Positions 26,635 through 32,138 of a stretch of 32,138 bases of DNA are shown piece by piece. A program made the translations under genes and the position numbers. The stretch lies in sequence record SRR22947727_2379; one strand, given 5' to 3'. The first letter of the stretch is position 1; every line of letters starts with the position of its first letter. Below the pieces are notes generated by a model. It had not been told where the DNA came from. It ran no database searches and saw only the letters and a program-made list of their open reading frames with translations.

Positions 26635-27243
26635 ATGAAAAACTCGTTCGCCCAGCTCGAAAAACTCGCCGACGCCCTATCAGATGCAGAATACCGGTTC
26701 CTTTTTCTGGAACCCATTCTGCTTTACGGCATCGCCTTCGGCATTATCGGATTCGTCGTCAGCTATTTTCTGAAAGCTGACAAATTGCAGATCACCGCTT
26801 TAATCTTCGTCGCAGTTTCTTCGTTTGTGTTTCTTCCCTACATAAACGCACGCTCCAGCGCTCAGCCTCGTCTCGAGAAAGTGTATAACCTCAGCGCTCC
26901 CTCCCGGGCCAAGACTTTTGCAGACAACACCTGGCTTTGGAAAAAGAATAAGTGGGTTTATTACGCATTGGCTGCTGCAGCCGCTGCAACCGTTTTAGTT
27001 GGCGCACGCCGCAACCGCCTCGGTATGATTTTTGGAATCGCCACGGTCTCACTCGGATTGCTGGCCATGAAAAATTCGGCATGGATGCATTACAGCGACG
27101 CCCTCGCCTATCATCCCACATTAAAAACAAACAATGCTCCGGTGAAAGAAAAGTTGCGTGCCAAACCTGTCAAAACAGCGAAAGCAGAACCCGCGTCAAC
27201 CGAGCGGATCAAACGCCCCGTGGCCCCGCTTTCAGCAAACTGA
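26635..27243 (+). CDS. Hypothetical membrane protein (about four TM helices, basic C-terminal tail)
   Basis: 202-aa ORF starting just after the ruvB stop, with four hydrophobic segments. No family recognised. Confidence 0.75.
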   Translation: MKNSFAQLEKLADALSDAEYRFLFLEPILLYGIAFGIIGFVVSYFLKADKLQITALIFVAVSSFVFLPYINARSSAQPRLEKVYNLSAPSRAKTFADNTWLWKKNKWVYYALAAAAAATVLVGARRNRLGMIFGIATVSLGLLAMKNSAWMHYSDALAYHPTLKTNNAPVKEKLRAKPVKTAKAEPASTERIKRPVAPLSAN

Positions 27244-27265
27244 ATCCATCGGATTTGATTTTTAA

Positions 27266-27340
27266 CGATCAGCCAGGGTTCGTTCGTGAAGCCGTTTCGA
27301 TCCGATAGTATTGGATCATTGAACCAACCCTATTGGATCG
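27266..27340. repeat. Three copies of the 20-bp REP-like repeat (one single plus an inverted doublet) between convergent genes
   Basis: cgatcagccagggttcgttc (27266), cgatccgatagtattggatc (27298) and inverted gaaccaaccctattggatcg (27321-27340). Confidence 0.8.
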
Positions 27341-27356
27341 AAAAGTTGGTTTTGCT

Positions 27357-28010
27357 CTAAATCCCGAATTCCTGCTGCTCTTCGTCTGAACCATCCGTTT
27401 CCGGCACAAGCCGATGAGATCGGCACCTTTCGCCGGCGATAATGGAACTGAAAATCTCGAAATCGACTTCCTTCGTTCCGCTAATCACTGTGTAGCTGTA
27501 TTCAGCCCAGTGCTTCATTTCCTTGCGTGCATTGCGAAGTCTCAAATCGAGTTCCTCCTGCCCTTCCGTGCCTCGATTGTTGAGACGCTCAACCAACTCT
27601 TCCTCGCTTCGCGGGAGAATAAAAATGTCAACCAACGCCTCCTGAATCAACGGGTCGATGCTTTTTCGAATGAATTGCGCACCCTGAACATCGATATCCA
27701 TCAGCACATCGCGACCAGCCCGAATGTGCTCAATCACTTCATCTTTCAGCGTTCCGTAAAACCTTCCGTGTACTTCGGCAAATTCGAGGAATTCACCCCG
27801 GGTTGCTTTTGCCTGAAATGCCTCGCGCGTCAGAAAATGATAATCTTTTCCGTCCTTCTCGCCTGTCCGCGGAGGTCGCGTTGTGGCAGATACTGCATAG
27901 GTCGCTGAAGAATCGGCATCGCTAAAGGCCCGACACAACGTCGTTTTACCCGATCCCGCAGGACCGGACACGACACACAACAAACCGCGACGCTGAAAAT
28001 CAAACTTCAT
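27357..28010 (-). CDS. gmk: Guanylate kinase
   Basis: VSGPAGSGKTT, SATTRPPRTGEKDGKDYHF, EFAEVHGRFYGT and DIDVQGA. Downstream of yicC, a common arrangement. Confidence 0.97.
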   Translation of the reverse strand: MKFDFQRRGLLCVVSGPAGSGKTTLCRAFSDADSSATYAVSATTRPPRTGEKDGKDYHFLTREAFQAKATRGEFLEFAEVHGRFYGTLKDEVIEHIRAGRDVLMDIDVQGAQFIRKSIDPLIQEALVDIFILPRSEEELVERLNNRGTEGQEELDLRLRNARKEMKHWAEYSYTVISGTKEVDFEIFSSIIAGERCRSHRLVPETDGSDEEQQEFGI

Positions 28011-28070
28011 TTCTCAAATTCAAATTCCGACAAGATTGCGCAAATTGATAGAAATTTCTGCGCCTCGATG

Positions 28071-28940
28071 TCACTCCACGTTCTGAACCTGCTCGCGAAT
28101 TTTCTCGAGCTCCGTTTTCGCATTCACAATTCGTTGCGCAATTCCCGCATCGTTCGCCTTGCTGCCGATTGTATTGAATTCCCGATTCAACTCCTGACAC
28201 AAAAAATCAAGCGGACGCCCCACCGGCTCATCACTGGAGAAGTAATTCCGAAATTGGGTGACGTGACTCGCAATTCGGGTCAGTTCTTCTGAAATATCTG
28301 ATTTCTCGGCAAAGATCCCGATTTCACGAAGCACTCGCTCATCGTCCAAATCGAGTCTCTCCAGCCCGCCATCGCGCAGCCGCTTAAAAAGTGACTTCCG
28401 GTAGTGCTCTACCACCGATGGCCCGATTTCTGAAACAAATCCAATCTCGGACTCAATGGTATTTATCCGGTTTTCTAAATCTTCACGAAGGTGAGCCCCT
28501 TCTACTTCCTGCATCGCAGACAACTCGGATAATGCGAATTCCACCGCAGCGGTCAATGTGCCGCGAAGCTCCGCTGGCTCGACGGACGCGTCTTCGACTC
28601 TAAAAACTCCGGGTGCTCGAAACAAATCCGAAGCGGTGACCTCGGCATCAGATCCGAGCAACGCTTTTGCTGCGGCCACGTATTCGGCAGCCAGTGATTC
28701 ATCGATCGAAAGCTGGCTTTCGCCGGATTCTCCATTCGTCAGAACGATCCGGGCATTGATTCGGCCCCGCGAAATCGCTGCTGTCAGCTGCTTGCGTACA
28801 TCACCTTCGAGCTCATGCAGCCGATGAGGCAAATTGATGGCGAGATCGATTTGCTTTCGATTCACGCCTGAAAGCTCCACCGTCAGCGTCCATTGTTCCT
28901 CAGTCGCTTCGCCGCGACCAAAACCAGTCATGCTTCGCAT
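28071..28940 (-). CDS. yicC: YicC/YloC family endoribonuclease
   Basis: MRSMTGFGR start, ISRGRI, DISEELTRIASH, GRPLDFLCQELNREFNTIGSK and EKIREQVQNVE end. Confidence 0.95.
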   Translation of the reverse strand: MRSMTGFGRGEATEEQWTLTVELSGVNRKQIDLAINLPHRLHELEGDVRKQLTAAISRGRINARIVLTNGESGESQLSIDESLAAEYVAAAKALLGSDAEVTASDLFRAPGVFRVEDASVEPAELRGTLTAAVEFALSELSAMQEVEGAHLREDLENRINTIESEIGFVSEIGPSVVEHYRKSLFKRLRDGGLERLDLDDERVLREIGIFAEKSDISEELTRIASHVTQFRNYFSSDEPVGRPLDFLCQELNREFNTIGSKANDAGIAQRIVNAKTELEKIREQVQNVE

Positions 28941-28963
28941 AAGTTCGTTTTCGTTCTCCCCGT

Positions 28964-29012
28964 AAAAAATTCACGCGCAAAGGAAAGACGGAATGGCTTC
29001 CTGTTGCGCGTG
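28964..29012 (-). terminator. Putative Rho-independent terminator downstream of the PUR-family gene
   Basis: cacgcgcaa (28972-28980) / ttgcgcgtg (29004-29012) plus inner aggaa/ttcct, followed by aatttttt on the minus strand. Confidence 0.55.
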
Positions 29013-29061
29013 CTTATAGTAATCGAAAAAATAAAATCGTGCGCGTAAATTCGCGCCTCAA

Positions 29062-29310
29062 TCAATCATTCTCGTCACTCGCTTCAGAAATCTGCTGAAG
29101 GGCAGTGATGAATTCTTCCAATACTTCGCTTGGCACCATGATGGTGTCGCGACGACCGCGAACATCTTCGGTGATTTTTACAAAACGACCCCGGTCGTTT
29201 TCCTTCAGGTCGAGAAAAAAGATTTTGCGATCAGCAAAGATTTTTTCTGTGTGGATCGGATAATTGTCCGAACGCCGTCCGTTGTCTTGGTCTTCTTCGT
29301 AGCCTATCAT
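29062..29310 (-). CDS. PUR-repeat (Pur-alpha-like / DUF3276-type) nucleic-acid-binding protein
   Basis: IHTEKIFADRKIFFLDLKENDRGRFVKITE...RRDTIMVP...LEEFITAL matches the single PUR repeat pattern (K-x-F-[FY]-x-D-x-K-E-N-x-R-G-x-F-x-x-I-x-E). Confidence 0.85.
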   Translation of the reverse strand: MIGYEEDQDNGRRSDNYPIHTEKIFADRKIFFLDLKENDRGRFVKITEDVRGRRDTIMVPSEVLEEFITALQQISEASDEND

Positions 29311-29609
29311 TTCTGTATTTTCATCTAACCTCCTGTTAATAAGATTTGCGCAGAGAAAGCAAAAGTCACCTACGCCTTTTTATTTCGTGTGAATTTCTGT
29401 TTTATCACGCAGATTTTGTAGCGGCAAGACACCGGAAAGGCGCATTTGCGTTCATATTTTTTGTTACAGGATCGGTACGCCGCATCTTCGCGGACCCACC
29501 ATCGCGCAGATCACTTTACGCATCTTTGCCGAATCGTAAAATCAGGCTAGGTTCGCGGCCTCACCAAAAATCTTCTTCACCTTACTGTGAACTTTAACGA
29601 CTCATTCGC

Positions 29610-31484
29610 ATGCTCTTAAAATCCGCTTTTGAAAAACTCTTCAAAATTCGGGAAGAAGCTGGCCGCGCCCGAAAAGAAGGTTCCGGTGCCGACGCAGGCT
29701 TCGACCCCCACGAGAAACCGTTTCTCGAACACCTTGAGGATTTGCGCAAAACATTGATGCAAATGTTGGGCACGCTGCTTGTGATCACGATTTTCACGTT
29801 CGTGTTCAACCAACAAATTTTTGATTTCGTCCTGCTCCCGCTGAAAGTCGCGATAATCGATGACTCGGGAACGCGCCTTTATGACGTAGCCAATCTCCTC
29901 ACGCTGAGCCCGCAGGAAATGCTGATGCTGGCAATCAAGACGTCGTTCATCGCCGGATTGATTTTGGCATTTCCACTGCTCGTTTATCAACTATTTCAGT
30001 TCATTTTACCTGGCTTGCGTCAGGTAGAAAAAAAAATGGTCATTCCCGGAGCGCTCATAGGATTCCTGCTTTTCCTTGGCGGAGCGTCCTTCGCCTTCTT
30101 TCTGGCATCGCCAATTGCCCTGAAATTTTTCTACGAATTCGAACAAGAACGAGTCGGCTCAATTGACCCTTCAGTCGAAGCTCTGAAACGGCCGATTGCG
30201 GAATTTACTCTCATCGGTCTCGATGGAAAACCCATTCCGGTTGTTGGCGAAGAACCAGCCGATCCGCCACCTGAAGGCGAAACGGCCGTGCAAGAAAACC
30301 CCATTAAGCCAGTCGAACCTGCCGTTGCGGTAGTAGAATCGACACTCGATGAAGCGACGAAAAAAGAGGTTCGCGATTATATCCTGAGCGTTTTCGCCTT
30401 CCGGGAAGGGTCCGAAATCGCGCTGCGATATGATGAAACCCGCGACAAAGTGATCATCTTAAAAGTGAAGGGCAAAACGACCGAGTATCGGATGGGCGAT
30501 TACATCAACTTCGTCACACGATTGGTATTGGTGTTCGGAATCAGCTTTCAACTGCCGGTTGTCGTCACGATTTTGGTAAAACTTGAGCTTCTCACCGCTC
30601 GCGTGATGCGCGCAACTCGAGCCTACGCGTGGGTCATCATGATGGTGGCAGCGGCGATCTTTACTCCGCCAGATATTTTGACTCTCGGCCTGCTCGCTGG
30701 CCCGCTGATATTCCTTTATGAAGTCTGCATTGTCATTGCGACGGTGATGGAGCGTGGCCGCGCGAAAAAAGAACGTGCCCGCGAAGAAGCTCGCAAAACC
30801 CGACTCGAAAAACTTTACGAACGCAAAGCAGAAGACCTCTCGGAAGAGGAGAAGGCTGAATTGCACAAGCATGAGATCGAGCAATACGAGAAGGAACACG
30901 CTGATCTCCACGACGACGATCACGCCGATAATCCGTATGCAGATCCCTATCATAATGACCCGTATCACGACGAATACGGGCATCCGATTGATGACCCGCA
31001 TGCGAACGATCACAAAACGGGCGATGATCACGATCATCCGGAACATGATGAAAGTTGGACCGATGATCATCACCACGATGAACACGGCAATCCCGATCCT
31101 CACCACGGTGAGGACGAGCACAAGCCGTTTCAGGATTGGCCGGATCGCGAAGATGGGGATGATGCGGATTCAAAACCGGATGCGGATGAGGACAAACCTG
31201 TTCTCGAAAGCGATCACGCTGAGCCAACTGAAGTAGATGAAACCAACGACGACCACGAGCATGATGAATTCGATGACGAAGAAGTCTGTGCGCCAAGCGG
31301 TCCGATTGTGGATTTGAATCACTCCGATTTCGAAGAAATCATGAACCTTCCAGGAATGGACGAAGAACTCGCTCAGATGATTATCGACCACCGTCCTTAT
31401 GATTCGTTCGACGATGTCGAAGACGTTCCCGGAATGGATCCTGATCGATTGGCCGATATGATTGAACGCCTCATGCTTGGATAA
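29610..31484 (+). CDS. tatC: Twin-arginine translocase subunit TatC with a large loop insertion, a His/Asp-rich tail and a C-terminal helix-hairpin-helix domain
   Basis: TatC motifs PFLEHLEDLR, YQLFQFILPGL...EKK, FGISFQLPVV, AAIFTPPD and PLIFLYE. Length is 624 aa versus roughly 250 aa for a typical TatC. Confidence 0.92.
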   Translation: MLLKSAFEKLFKIREEAGRARKEGSGADAGFDPHEKPFLEHLEDLRKTLMQMLGTLLVITIFTFVFNQQIFDFVLLPLKVAIIDDSGTRLYDVANLLTLSPQEMLMLAIKTSFIAGLILAFPLLVYQLFQFILPGLRQVEKKMVIPGALIGFLLFLGGASFAFFLASPIALKFFYEFEQERVGSIDPSVEALKRPIAEFTLIGLDGKPIPVVGEEPADPPPEGETAVQENPIKPVEPAVAVVESTLDEATKKEVRDYILSVFAFREGSEIALRYDETRDKVIILKVKGKTTEYRMGDYINFVTRLVLVFGISFQLPVVVTILVKLELLTARVMRATRAYAWVIMMVAAAIFTPPDILTLGLLAGPLIFLYEVCIVIATVMERGRAKKERAREEARKTRLEKLYERKAEDLSEEEKAELHKHEIEQYEKEHADLHDDDHADNPYADPYHNDPYHDEYGHPIDDPHANDHKTGDDHDHPEHDESWTDDHHHDEHGNPDPHHGEDEHKPFQDWPDREDGDDADSKPDADEDKPVLESDHAEPTEVDETNDDHEHDEFDDEEVCAPSGPIVDLNHSDFEEIMNLPGMDEELAQMIIDHRPYDSFDDVEDVPGMDPDRLADMIERLMLG

Positions 31485-31499
31485 TGTCCAAACGATTTC

Positions 31500-31530
31500 A
31501 CAGGGCGCTTGCACGACAGCAGCGCCCTGT
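31500..31530. terminator. GC-rich hairpin after tatC (possible terminator or stabiliser)
   Basis: acagggcgct / agcgccctgt perfect 10-bp stem. The T tract (ggcatttt) is offset and weak. Confidence 0.45.
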
Positions 31531-31541
31531 GGCATTTTCAT

Positions 31542-32021
31542 ATGGCTCCTGTTTTTCAGAAATTCCTAGTCGTCTTTGCATTGCCATTAGCGGACCGGTG
31601 GGTGCAGCATCAGGAAAAAAAGATTCTGAACGAAGGCCGTGAACTTTCAGAATGGGAAGTCGATTGGGCTCACGACGTTGGCGTCATGGATGTCAGCCGC
31701 GTTCGCATTGCGATCGTTCCCGAGGTTCCCACTCCGGGTTCTGCACCATTGCAATTTTTAGCAAAATTAGTCGGACTCTCGATGAAAGCGTCAGGCATGG
31801 CGCTTGGCCACGGCATTTACGTTGAAGCCATCAATGCTACCAACCCCTCGCTGATCGTTCACGAGCTCGTCCACGTTGCTCAATACGAACGCCTCGGCGG
31901 GATTCGAAATTTTCTTCGCGAATATCTCATCCAATGCCTCCGCGACGGCTACTGGGATGCGTTTTTGGAACGTGAAGCTCGCGAATTGGCACTGAAATAC
32001 GCTCGTCCTCCAGAGCGTTAA
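31542..32021 (+). CDS. Hypothetical protein with HExxH zinc-metallopeptidase-like motif (DUF4157-like)
   Basis: GMALGHGIYV...LIVHELVHVAQYERLGG...FLEREAR. The ATG at 31542 is preferred over the TTG at 31509, which lies inside the hairpin. Confidence 0.75.
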   Translation: MAPVFQKFLVVFALPLADRWVQHQEKKILNEGRELSEWEVDWAHDVGVMDVSRVRIAIVPEVPTPGSAPLQFLAKLVGLSMKASGMALGHGIYVEAINATNPSLIVHELVHVAQYERLGGIRNFLREYLIQCLRDGYWDAFLEREARELALKYARPPER

Positions 32022-32074
32022 TACCGCTTGATTCTGCAGCGTTTGAGCGCTCATTTGCCGCAAAAATTTCAGAC

Positions 32075-32138
32075 ATGGACGAAAACTCACTTATCGCTCC
32101 GGCGGACATTCGTAATATCGCGATCATCGCACACGTTG
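32075..32138 (+). CDS. typA: 5' end of translational GTPase TypA/BipA (truncated by the window edge; absent from the ORF track)
   Basis: ATG at 32075 reads MDENSLIAPADIRNIAIIAHV. RNIAIIAHV(DHGKT) is the TypA-type G1 lead-in; LepA has RNFSIIAHI and EF-G has RNIGIMAHI. Confidence 0.8.
   Translation, partial: MDENSLIAPADIRNIAIIAHV

Noticed and set aside
30459-31296. Hydrophobic or Arg/His-rich alternative-frame ORFs over the tatC tail
   Set aside because: By-products of the GAT/CAC-rich low-complexity codons of the His/Asp tail.
31927-32127. 66-aa minus-strand ORF at the window end
   Set aside because: The plus strand encodes the recognisable start of TypA/BipA from 32075.

Overview
Bacterial chromosomal DNA of roughly 50% GC, dominated by housekeeping and cell-envelope genes. 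Gene content (RpiB-GlyA fusion, PUR-family protein, giant TPR proteins with ExbB/ExbD) suggests a PVC-superphylum organism, probably Verrucomicrobia (inference). Bases 1-1030 are a non-coding patchwork of four repeat types: a 20-bp REP-like palindrome, a 33-bp-arm hairpin, a 104-bp inverted-repeat element and a strictly phased 21 x 21-bp degenerate tandem array. The genes, in order, are: PTS EIIA(Ntr)-like (-), LMW phosphatase, rpiB-glyA fusion, membrane protein and MidA-family methyltransferase (-). A co-directional envelope run follows: class A PBP with a degenerate transpeptidase site, secreted CBM-like protein, 804-aa and 2456-aa exported TPR proteins, ExbB/TolQ and ExbD/TolR. It converges on bamA-skp-lpxD (-). 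The window ends with ruvB, a membrane protein, gmk, yicC and a PUR-family gene (these three on -), an extended TatC, an HExxH protein and the start of typA/bipA. The best candidates for novelty are the TonB/TolA-less ExbBD-giant TPR module, the 21-bp array, the extended TatC, and REP-like repeats absorbed into coding sequence. All calls come from reading motifs by eye; no searches were run.
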